This document shows positions 52,562 to 64,000 of a stretch of 64,000 nucleotides of DNA, in pieces. This DNA is from Haliotis rubra (Eukaryota): the NCBI RefSeq assembly GCF_003918875.1, contig NW_025766988.1, positions 124,001 through 188,000 of the forward strand, given 5' to 3'. Position numbers and translations under genes: made by a program. How positions within the stretch are numbered: position 1 is the first letter of the stretch; each line of letters starts with the position of its first letter. The notes beneath the pieces are model-generated. The model was not told the DNA's origin. It made no database searches and saw only the letters and a list, made by a program, of their open reading frames with translations.

Positions 52562-55225
52562 GGGGCGGTGGGGTAACCTAGTGGTCAAAGCGTTCGCCGG
52601 TCGCCGAAGAACCGGGTTCGATTCCCCACATGGGTACAATGCGTGAAGCCCATTTCTGGTGTCCTCCGCCGTGATATTGCAGAAATATTGCTAAGCGGCG
52701 TAAAACTCAACTCACTCATTCACTTTAAAGTGAAAGAGATGCTATCAGTGTTTGTATTTCCCGATCTACAGTCTGGATTGTATGCCCGTGATAAACTTCA
52801 AGCAGGCAGGATGCATAGATTTCCACTATTCCATGTTTGTCGTAAGAACCGAATTGAACGTGGCAATGAGTGGCCACAATTTGTACCCATGTAGAGTATC
52901 GAACCCGGGTCTTATGGTGAGTGGGTGAGTGAGTGAGTTTAGTTTTACGCCGCACTCAGCAATATTCCAGCTATTTGGCGACGGTCTATAATCACTGCGG
53001 TTCCTCACCCTGATTCAGTAAAGTGAAAGACGCCCTAACGTGCGATATTGCTGCCTGCGGCGATAAACAACTCAGACATGATCTTTTATGCCAGTGCAGC
53101 TCTTTAAGGGAAGTTTTGGTAAATGTTATAGCTTTCAGAATTACGATCACTTCTTTTTCAGCATTCAATTTAGTTTAATAATACCGAAACACTAAGCGTT
53201 TATACTTAAGTGGGGCGGTGGGGTAGCCTAATGGTTAAAGCGTTGGCTCGTCACGCCGAAGACCCGGGTTCGAATCCCCACATGGGTACAATGTGTGAAG
53301 CCCATTTCTGGTGTCCCCCACCGTGATGTTGCTGGAATATTGCTAAAAGCGGCGTAAAACCAAACTCAGTCAGTTATACTTAAGTGAGTGAGTGAGTTTG
53401 GTTTTACGCCACTTTAAGCAATATTCCAGCAATATCACGGCGGGGACACCAGAAATGGGCTTCATACATTGTACCCAATTGGGGAATCGAACCCTGGTTT
53501 TCGGCGTGACGAGCGAACGCTTTAACCTTTAGGCTACCACACCGCCCCTTTTATACTTAAGATTTCCCACTCAGCTATATTGCCCTCGTTCAGCGTTTAG
53601 CCTAGGCCCTACTGGCTAGCCCTTACAGAACCTCTATTGACTGTAAACTGCAGCACACAAACATGAGGGATCGTGGTTATTTTTCTTGAGAGGGGAGTGT
53701 ATTTTGGGTGCAAATAATTGCTTAAATTTAACTACAAAAATATTCCCCAAATACGACCACTAACCGTTTTAGTTATATACTAGTATGTATATAAGTGACA
53801 TGTTAAATCATACCGCTTCACAATCGCTTGACTGCACTCACCTGTTGCAGAGAACTGCTTCATAATTACAACTTAGGTAAATACACTTACAGTGGAGTGT
53901 ACACACACAAAGGCAGACACATACACTGTTTCAAGTGTAAGGTTACTGAAATAACAGATTGTTTTGAAAGCTGACTTGCTAACACTTGAACTTGAACTGT
54001 TGAAGTTGGGGTTACATAATAAAATCTTCGGGTTCCATTATTTTTCTTTCTCAAAGTATAGGGTCATTGCAACAGGTAAGATCTCAAGGAGGAGCTAAAA
54101 TACACACGTTCAGTTGAACCTAATTACCAACGTCCGTAGGATTAATTTATGTCTTAGGGGCGGTGGGGTAGTGGTTAAAGTGTTCGCTCGTCACGCCGAA
54201 GACCCGGGTTTGATTCCCCACATGGGTACAATGTGTGAAGCCCATTTCTGGTGTCCCGCGCCGTGATATTGCTGGAATATTGCTAAAAGCGGTCTCACAA
54301 CCTAAATGAATTTCTTTGACGACCACACTGATTCTTGATTTCCCTTTCTCCAAATATTACGGACTGCATCATAGTTCAGCTGATAGATCAAGGAACTGGA
54401 CACACGTTGATTGCACGGATGGTATACCGGCGGGGAGCAACCGAACTCAGCTCCGGGACTCAAACGGCGGCGCTAATTTACTTTTTAAATTTTCTTACAA
54501 CACTTCATCATACAAACAACTATGTGCTTGGATTGCCATATTCAAGAAACTCAATAAAAATCTGGAGCGTCCATGCTGTTATGGTAGCGCACACAATAAG
54601 TGAACACAACAGGATAATGTTCTTGACGTGTATGCAAAAACTATCAACATTACTCATGTTTGGTCATATAACAAAAGTCAAGCGCATCCGAATTTCCAAC
54701 CTGTTACAGCTTGATCTGTTAAACGAGCGAAAACATTTATATATTTCCTCCTAAATACGTGTGTATCTGGGGTAATATATATAATGCCTCGCATTCGTTA
54801 GGTCAGATAACAGAAAGTCCATTTGTTTCCATTTAGTTTCCTAAGAATGGTATCAAACGAGTCCCTCTAGACATTACATGATATACAAATTATGTCATGG
54901 GACAGATCACGTTTGCCATCAGGTTTCGCCATGTCATACCTATGTCATGGTAAAAGAAGCCAGTCAACAGTTTGAGAACTGACACCCGTGGGTTACAATT
55001 GATCTCAGTAACCCATCCTTGTCGTGAGAGGCGATCGCGACTAACGGGATCAGGTGGTCAGGCTTACTGACTTGGTTGACACATGTCATCGGTTCCCAGC
55101 TGCGTGGATCGATGCTCTTGCTGTTGATCACTTGATTGTCTGGTTCAGACTCGATTATTTACAGACCGCCGCCATATAGCTGGAATATTGCTGAGTGCGG
55201 TGTAAAACTAAATTCACTCACTCAC
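52562..55225. mobile_element. SINE cluster: A 52562-52723 (+), A 53212-53373 (+), A 53385-53548 (-), A 54157-54292 (+), B 54984-55225 (+)
   Basis: Consensus matches. Confidence 0.87.
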
Positions 55226-55879
55226 TTTGAGAATTGAACCTACGTCGTCGACGAGACGAGCAACAGCGACAACACCAGTAAGGTCATGTGCCCTGAGTAC
55301 TTCAGAGTACAAGTCAACATGTTTTTGTTCAACTGTAATTGTTACATACCCCCTGACCTGTCCCAGCGTCTGGGGGACCTACAGGTGTCAGGTAAACAAA
55401 CACATACAATCCCCGGTTAAACTGGGGTTTCAAAAGGCAAACCTTTGTTAAAAACATCACCAGCTTAAAATGAGAGAAAGAAAAACTATCGACTGTAGTC
55501 AAGAACCTGTTTGCTGCCCACGGCACGTAGGTAGAATAGAGAATGATCTTGATAAATACCCGACAACTGGCAGTACCTACCCGCACGGATGAGCTTTGTC
55601 AACTAGGCGCGTATTTCGAGCGATGGGATCTGAGCTATAATTGTACACTGACGATCAATCAGAGGTCTCAAATTACAATAACATGGTCTTGATAAAACAG
55701 CCGATTTGCCGCCGTCTAATTAGATACAGGTAGCTATTACATCTCTTCCGTCACATTCCATCCTTGATTAAGTGCATAGCATATGTATTGAAACAGACCG
55801 CATCGCCTTGACATGTGTATGATAATGTATCAGCGTTGCGGAACATGCTGACGTGTGTGGCTGTGTTGTAGATATACGT

Positions 55880-56478
55880 GTGTGACACTGTTACAAATAA
55901 GCACCTTAACCCATACATGTGTAACAGTGTTGCACATTCGTAGACAACGTGTGTGCCACTGTTATAAATAAGCACCTTAACCCATGCATGTGTAACAGTG
56001 TCGCACATTCGTTGACATAAACGTGTGACAGTGTTACAGAACCGTATACGTAAAAGTATGACAGTGTTGCACATTTGCAAACGTAAACGATGACAGTGTA
56101 GCAGATTCGTATGCGTAAACGTATGACAGTGTTGCACATTCGTCGATATAAACGTATGACAGTGTTGCAGATTTGTATACATAAACGTATGACAGTGTTG
56201 AAGATTTGTATACATAAGCGTATTACAGTGTTGCAAGTTTGTATACATGAACGTATGACTACTGCAGATTTGTATACATAAACGTATGACAGTGTTGCAG
56301 ATTTGTATACATAAACGTATGACAGTGTTGCAGATTTGTATACATAAGCGTATGACAGTGTTGTAGATTTGTATACATAAACGTATGACAGTGTTGAAGA
56401 TTTGTATACATAAGCGTATGACAGTGTTGTAGATTTGTATACATGACCGTATGACAGTGTTGCAGATTTGTATATATA
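55880..56478. repeat. 33-bp minisatellite (TATGACAGTGTTGCAGATTTGTATACATAAACG), degenerating leftwards
   Basis: Tandem periodicity; the unit is a multiple of 3, giving long spurious ORFs. Confidence 0.92.
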
Positions 56479-59419
56479 CACCTTTGTCTGTGCTGCAGAC
56501 ACACATATAGATATGTGATAAGTTTTCAGACTCAGACACAAACGCTGGCTATGGGTACGTGTCGTGTTCCTCATTTATAAGCATAAACAACTGAAAACAT
56601 TGACATCAACTATGTCAGCAATTCCGGTGCCTATATTGCGTAAAATGCTGTAGACATATACGTAAGTGTTGAAGACTGTGTTACAGATACATACGTCTAT
56701 GTGTAATTTAGTTACTAGTACAGAGACACGTGTGTCACTGTTCTTGGCAGTCGACATTACAGGAGATCAGAATCACACATACACACATGGCTTCGGGAAG
56801 GCAACGTTGCGCTACAGTTACAACATACAGACATGCATCGACTATAGTGACAACGTAACATGTTCTATTTGGGATTACAGTTTCTCAGTAAAATACAGAT
56901 TCTAGTACTTTTGTTAGGCTGATCCCCATCCGGGATTCGAACCCGGACTCTCGGACAGAATATAATCAGAATGTGTCAGTGAATCAATATGAAAGAGTGC
57001 TGATACCAGATGCTCACGAGAAGCCAGCGAATATCACTAACATGGCTACTAACGATTCTACTTTTGGTTGCGAGAGCAGTTAACTTCGGTTATAACGAAC
57101 TCATATGGACTTTAGTATTCGTTATACGCGCTTTGATTAAAATATACAGCAAGTGGCAGGGTGAAAAACCCGTTCATTTTATAGAAAAATAAATACACTG
57201 AAAGTTATGTTTCTGGAGAGAGAAGTATGTTACGTTAAGATTATTACATTTTTTTTGTGGCTCCACACACCAGAATCTTCCATTGAAGGTAAATATTATT
57301 CTCCCACACAACACGACCGGGATGTTATTAACAACGCATTTACATAGATTAACATATTACTATTGGTGGGGCTGACAACAGACAATGCTGTCACTGTCGC
57401 AGGGGATCAAAAAAGCACTTACAAGTAGACAACGCTACATTCCCGTGGGTAATTCATGGGGTGACAACATTTGATGAATTTCGGTAGGTGGGGGATATTT
57501 CGGAGGAATATAAGCTTAATATTCATAATTTTTATCTAGAGTGTAGAAGTTTCTTTTGAAATAAGTTTCCTTTGGGGTGGGCTACGTATTATATAAAGGT
57601 GAAAGATAATCCATTTGTGGGTTAAACGTAAACATATTACACATTTTTCTTATAAAACGATGTGGGTTTTCTTTCTATACAGTGAATTTATGACACCAAG
57701 TGTGAGATTAATGTATAACAGGCGTCATAATTTCATCAGGAACTACTTCAGCAAATAGGACTCGTATAAGTTATAAAAACTTACAAACGACGCATAACTG
57801 AGGGTTTCTCGTGGGTTTTTTAGGTAAACGGTTGACCTGGCTTTGCATATGTTTGTGATGGGTGGTGACGACGGTGCAGGATACGCTTACCTTTTTCAAA
57901 TATGTTGTATCAGGGCCATTTAATAGCATCTAATAAACACCTGCTCCTGATACAGCCCGAATCGATCAAGCGAGTCTGTTAGCATAGATTTTTTAATGTA
58001 TATCTTAATGGTTTTGTCCCTTTTGTTTATAAAATCTATTCATTGAAACCTTGTACATACTCCGTGCTAAACAGTTAATAGTTGAAATATGTTTCACTCA
58101 GAAACAAATAATATTATCCACATGAAATATATTTTCTCATTGAAGTGACCGATCAAGATTAGGGCGACACACATTCCAAAGTATTACGAATAAATGTATC
58201 CATACGCCTGTAAAGTTGAAGTAAAACTGCAGTTTACTTACTGATAAATTGGCGCAATAACATGCAGTAGTTTTGCGGACGGATCTATTTGCGGAATTCC
58301 GCAGAAATATGTCACTCCCTCGGATAGGTAAAGAGTAATTCTATGAATTTTACCACCTGCAGCAAGATGAATAGTGTTTGTTGAAATAATCATTTGGATC
58401 AGTTTCACAGCACAGCACAACAGCGGTTGTGTTTCGCTAATTTGCGAAAGGAGTGTTTCGTTACTTTTCAGCAGGAGTGTTTCGTTAACAGGAGCCTGAT
58501 ACTTGAGCTCTGTGTAAAGTGCAGTTGAGTTATATAAATGCTATGGGCAGTTAATGACCGTAGATAAGAGTATTATTCATTATGTCGATTATTCAATTCA
58601 TCATCCGAAACAAACAGAGATTTGCAGGTGTGTCGCCGAATTGTTTACCGATACTGTTTGCCTACGGCTATTTGACAGTAAATCATTCGACGCCATCTGC
58701 AACCGTTCTGTCACAGAATGGATTAAAATGGCGGTTTCCGTGTTCTGACTTGTTACAAATTGTACACGAATTATTTTATTGCACCGTTGGGAGAACAATG
58801 GTTTCATTACGGATTGTTACCGGTTGGGTACACCGGCCCCAGATGTTTCAATGTTGATTTACACACCCGTGGTCCCCAGGGGCAATTCAATGCTGTTCTC
58901 TGTACGACTGCTAATGCTTTTATCGGTGACGTTTGAGTCATTCTGATACAAATCAATATTACAGTGTAGATTATTTAGTATCTCTCTGTCAGATGGTACT
59001 TGGGAAAATTATTAATTAATTATGATTTGTAAATGGGGTATTTAAGGTCTTTTATTGAGTTGCGATGATGTAATAGGAATGTGATGATATTTTAGACGTT
59101 AAGTACATGTGTGATTACGTGTTTTCTCCGTGTTTAGAACCGTTCCGTCTCATGCCGAATGGGCTTCACAAATTTTAGCACTCGTGGAATCGAACATGGC
59201 TTTTCGGCTTGACGGGCAAACACTCAAGCCACAAGGCTACTCTATTTTAAAACCAAGCAGAGGCTGTTCTTTATAAAGACGCCTACCAGAACGATGTGGG
59301 GTTGAAAGTATGTGGGTGAGTTTATGAGGGTAGGAGTGATGGTGTCAGTACGGGGTGGGGGTAGATGTGTTAATATTGCGGTGTACTAGTCGGAGTGATG
59401 TTGCACGCGTGAGGTTTAC

Positions 59420-60720
59420 GGTAGATGTGTGGGTTTGAGGGTAGAAGTGTGGGTTTGAGGGTAGAAGTGTTTAGATTACACATGGTGTACGAGAGGGAGT
59501 GATGGTGTAAGTGTGGGGTTGGAAGTAGAAGTGTGGGATTGAGGGTAGAAGTGTGGGTTTGAAAGTAGAAGTATGGGGTTTAGGCCACTTGAGAGTAGAA
59601 GTGTGGGGTTGAAGGTAGAAGTGTGTGGTTGAGGGTAGAAGTGTGAGGTTGAGGGTAGAAGTCTGAGGTTGAAGGTAGAAGTGTGGGGTTGAGGGTAGAA
59701 GTGTGAGATTGAGGTTAGAAGTGTGGGGTTGAGGGTAGAAGTGTGGGGTTGAAGGTAGAAGTGGGGTTGAGGGTAGAAGTGTGGGGTTGAGGGTAGAAGT
59801 GTGGGGTTGAAGGTAGAAGTGTGGGGTTTAGGGTAGAAGTGTGAGGTTGAGGGTACAAGTGAAGGTAGAAGTGGGGGGTTGAAGGTAGAAGTATGAGGTT
59901 GAAGGTAGAAGTGTGGGGTTGAAGGTAGAAGTGTGAGGTTGAAGGTAAAAGTGTGGGTTTGAAGGTAGAAGTGTGATGTTGAAGGTAGAAGTGTGGGGTT
60001 GACGGTAGAAGTGTGGGGTTGAAGGTAGAAGTGTGAGGTTGAAGGTAGAAGTGTGGGGTTGAAGGAAGAAGTGTGGGGTTGAAGGTAGAAGTGTGGGTTT
60101 GAAGGTAGAAGTGTGAGGTTGAGGGTAGAAGTGTGAGGTTGAAGGTAGAAGTTTGGGGTTGAGGGTAGAAGTGTGGGGTTGAAGGTAGAAGTGTGAGGTT
60201 GAGGGTAGAAGTGAGGTTGAAGGTAGAAGTTGTGGGGTTGAGGGTAGAAATGTTGGGTTGAAGGTAGAAGTGTGAGGTTGAAGGTAGAATTGTGTGGGGT
60301 TGAAGGTAGAAGTGTGGGGTTGAAGGTAGAAGTGTGGGGTTGAAGTGTGGGGGAGGTAGAAGTGTGGGGTTGAAGGTAGAAGTGTGGGGTTGAAGGTAGA
60401 AGTGTGAGGTTGAAGGTAGAAGTGTGGGGTTGAGGGTAGAAGGTGGGGTGTGGGGGTGAGGGTAGAAGTGTGGGGTTGAAGGTAGAAGTGTGGGGTTGAA
60501 GGTAGAAGTGTGGGGTTGAAGGTAGAAGTGTGAGGTTGAAGGTAGAATTGTGGGGTTGAGGGTAGAAGTGTGGGGTTGAAGGTAGAAGTGTGGGGTTGAG
60601 GGTAGAAGTGTGGGGCTGAAGGTAGAAGTGTGAACTTTAAGGTAAAAGAGTGAGGTTGAGGGTAGAAGTGTGGGGTTGAGGTTAGGGGTGTTGGTTTAAG
60701 GGTATAAGTGTCGGGGTGAG
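59420..60720. repeat. 20-bp G-rich minisatellite (GAAGGTAGAAGTGTGGGGTT)
   Basis: About 60 units with strong strand asymmetry. Confidence 0.95.
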
Positions 60721-61417
60721 AGTCAAATTCTAGGGGTAGGGTCGTGAGAGTGATTGTGTCGAACTGAGGGTAGACATATGGGGGCGGGATTTCAAATGTC
60801 GGGGCGAAGGGTGTAAATGTGGGGATGAGAATACAATTAAGGGGTAGGGGTTTAAGTTCGGAATGGAATGATGGTGGTGGCGGCAGTTCCAGGGAAATTC
60901 GACTCTAACAAGTAAGAAAGGGTTGCACAAGCACATAACGAAACGGAATAGAACAGCAATTTAGGGAAGAGGAAGTAGAATGCAGACAAAGCAACCTATC
61001 TATTCTGGGCGTGTGTAAATATACAGCAGCGACTGAAATCATCGAGGCGTGAATTTGTTTCTATAACAGTCCCGTCAGTATGGCGAGAAAGCCGAAGCAG
61101 CAGATCCGTGCTACTGCATGGCGTTGGATCTCTCGAGTTGACGGGAGTTGACGGGAGTTAAAGGGAGTACGACCAAAACAACTCTCTCACTCTCATCTTT
61201 CGCAATATTCCAGCCACAGCAGGGCAGGAATGTGCCTGAAACTGGCTTCACACATTGAACCCATGTGAGGATCGAACCCGGTCAAGGGTGTGACAATGTA
61301 ACACTTTAACCACATGGCTACCTTAAGGTTAGAAATAATCATTTTAGTATTAAATGATTAAGAACAGTATCAGGAAGACTTGTCTCCCAAACTGTCAACA
61401 GATAGCCATGTAGCATA

Positions 61418-61515
61418 CAGACCTGGGGCCCGATCCACAAAGCGTCTTAATTTCGATCGTGAACAGTTACGAATAGTGTCGCTACGAACGCTTTGTGGAT
61501 CGGGCCCCAGGTCTG
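61418..61515. mobile_element. short palindromic MITE
   Basis: CAGACCTGGGGCCCGATCCACAAAGCGT ... ACGCTTTGTGGATCGGGCCCCAGGTCTG. Confidence 0.8.
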
Positions 61516-62576
61516 TTTGATTGGCATTTTAGAAAATGGTGAAGACCTATACTGTTTTCAAACAAGCATGAAGTACCACAGAACATAAAAGACTTATCTA
61601 TTTCCTGTATCCCTACCTTGATATTCCTGGAATACATACGCCTTTACTCAGTCATTTCCAAAACGATATACCTAGGAATTTTAACTACACAATTACAAGA
61701 CGAAATTAATTAAATAAATGTACAATGAAATGACTTTCAAGTACCTCAGATTATTGTCTGGCCTCCAATGTGGTGAAAATGTTGAAATTCGACACACCAA
61801 GCGGCTGGACAAACAGCCAACGTGGCGAATAACAGTGGCGCCAAACTCTTAGAGAACACCCATGTTGAAGGTCAAGGACGTCGTATGTTTTGGCTAGGCG
61901 ACGTAAGACTCACGCCACTGAGACGCCTTCCTGCAACATGCTTGGCGCTTTTCGTTTCTTGTTTCACAATTTCCAAAAATATAAATATTAGATGTAAAAA
62001 CAGGTTGTCAATCAATGGATAAGCGCGAAGAGTACGTAACCCATTGTGCTGTGTTCTTTTAGAGTTCGGTGAGCTTAGTCCAACGATGCGCCACAATTCG
62101 CTGTGTAGAGTTGCCTCCCTTGCATGTGTAGGGGATTCCAAGGCCGGATATACCCAATGTCTGTTGCCATAGCCTAAAGTGGGGATTACAATGTTGGACA
62201 ACCTACCCTGGCGGCGTGGATTCTTGTATTCCCTTAGTACTCCATTATATATGTAGTATAGCCGATTGACCAGAATTTCGGTTACCTCACTACGTGAAAT
62301 GCCAATATGGAAAGGGCGTGATGGACTTCAAATGCCCAATGAAATTAGTGAGTTCGGTTACACTATACCACCCCCCACCCCTAACCCCGGTTCCACCAAT
62401 GCAAAACCTTAACTTGAATGTTGTCCAAGGGTAACTCTGCTTGACGAATGTGGAAATGACAAGCCATGCCGAATGACAAGTGAGGCCGCTGTTGAGATAT
62501 GTTTTTCGTGCATTGCATACCGATGTGTATGACTGTCGACTCATGATTGGTGATGTTTTTCATTCTTCTGTTTCAG

Positions 62577-62642
62577 TACTTAGAACTCAGGTTCAACTAC
62601 AGTGTTAGGGTCTTAGGATGCTTGGTGTTCACATTGCAGATG
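62577..62642 (+). CDS. SLC5 symporter, second coding exon (after a ~19-kb intron)
   Basis: tttcag|YLELRFNYSVRVLGCLVFTLQM|gtaagt completes the YEYLELRF motif. Confidence 0.92.
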
Positions 62643-62646
62643 GTAA

Positions 62647-63253
62647 GTCATACTCAGTCACACGCTGTCACATGCTGTCACACTCAGTCACATGCTGTCA
62701 CACTCAGTCACACGCTGTCATACTCAGTCACACGCTGTCACACTCAGTCACATGCTGTCACACTCAGTCACATGCTGTCACACTCAGTCACATGCTGTCA
62801 CACGCTGTCATACGCAGTCACACGCTGTCACACACAGTCACACGCTGTCATACGCAGTCACACGCTGTCATACTCAGTCACACGCTGTCATACTCAGTCA
62901 CACGCTGTCACACGCTGTCATTCTCAGTCACATGCTGTGCACGCTGTCATACTCAGTCACACGCTGTCATACTCAGTCACACGCTGTCACACACAGTCAC
63001 ACGCTGTCACACACAGTCACACGCTGTCATACTGAGTCACACGTAGTCACACGCTGTCATACTCAGTCACACGCTGTCATACTCTGTCACACGCTGTCAT
63101 TCTCAGTCACATGCTGTGCACGCTGTCATACTCAGTCACACGCTGCCACATGCTGTCACACACGCTGTCATACTCAGTCACACTCTGTCATACTCAGTCA
63201 CACGCTGTCACATGCTGTCACACGCTGTCACATATTGTCACACGCTGTCACGC
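62647..63253. repeat. 20-bp (2x10) minisatellite starting at the SLC5 exon 2 donor
   Basis: (GTCACACGCTGTCATACTCA)n. Confidence 0.93.
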
Positions 63254-64000
63254 TTAGTTCGTCCATCCGAAGACATCTTTCTCCAACCAAAAACTTGAAA
63301 ACTACTGGTTGGATTTCTTCTTTGAGGGGCGTGTTGTATAGATGAAAGAAAACCAAGTTCTATGGATAGTCAACTTCTTTATTGCAATGAGTGCGACGTT
63401 TTTGTTGTATGATAACGGTGTTAGTACCTACACCGAAACGTGGCACTCATTGCAGTAAAGAAGTTGACTATCCATAGAACCTTGTTTTCCTTTATTGATT
63501 GGATTGTTTTCAAATTTGGAGACAACCTTCATTGTCTGAGGGAGAGGGGCAGAGCAAATGTTGACTGTGATAAGTTTTTTAATTTTATTGAGAATTCTTG
63601 CAATTAAATAATTTGAACTTTGAAAAGTTTGTTTGACGAATAACTTGAAAAGTATTGGACAATATGTTTTTAGATTTGGAAAATATTCTTCTTTGTTTAA
63701 AGTAGAGGCGCAGTGCAAAGTTCGTTTCCGATTTTCTAATTTTTGATTGAAGTGCGTAAGTTTTCATATTTTGAAGTTAAACCAATAAATCGAACACATT
63801 TGGATGGATTGTTTGGATATCACCCTCCATATCTATTGGAGAGGTGCAGGGCAGAGTTGGATATCATCAATTTATCGAGAAATATCACAAATTATATCTA
63901 CTAAAGTCGAAAAAAAAGTACCAGAGGTGTTACTCAAGAGATCAGGAGGTACCAAACCAAGGGCACCGAAACCAATTGAGATCCTGATGAATGACAGTGT

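Noticed and set aside
53212-53290. tRNA-like sequences with A/B boxes
   Set aside because: SINE heads followed by SINE body and tail; no complete cloverleaf.
55751-56574. 262-aa and 222-aa ORFs
   Set aside because: Translations of the 33-bp minisatellite within an intron.
62643-63345. His/Ser/Thr-rich ORFs continuing from the SLC5 exon
   Set aside because: Intronic minisatellite after a canonical GTAAGT donor.

Overview
Repeat-rich animal genomic DNA. The SINE repertoire suggests a mollusc, possibly a gastropod such as abalone (inference only). One 140-N gap lies at 15476-15615. Two protein-coding genes are partly visible: (1) the 5' part of METTL3 (m6A writer) on the minus strand, about 439-10150, with apparent frame lesions in exons 2 and 3; (2) the first two coding exons of an SLC5 sodium:solute symporter (SLC5A5/6/8/12-like) on the plus strand, 43162-43497 and 62577-62642. 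Between them is a ~21-kb imperfect palindrome (arms ~12480-22070 and ~24580-33290). The most unusual signal is five related cassettes (20031-20350, 21605-21920, 24738-25052, 35542-35815, 36010-36260). Each has a similar promoter-like leader (paired AACAAT sites, CRE, CCAAT, TATA-like box; incomplete in some copies) followed by a ~110-150-nt ORF-less segment with predicted structure-preserving substitutions; one copy carries a different segment behind the same leader. The rest is three SINE families, two LINE relics, many foldback MITEs and several mini/satellite arrays, which account for most ORF-track calls. All alignments and folds were done by eye.
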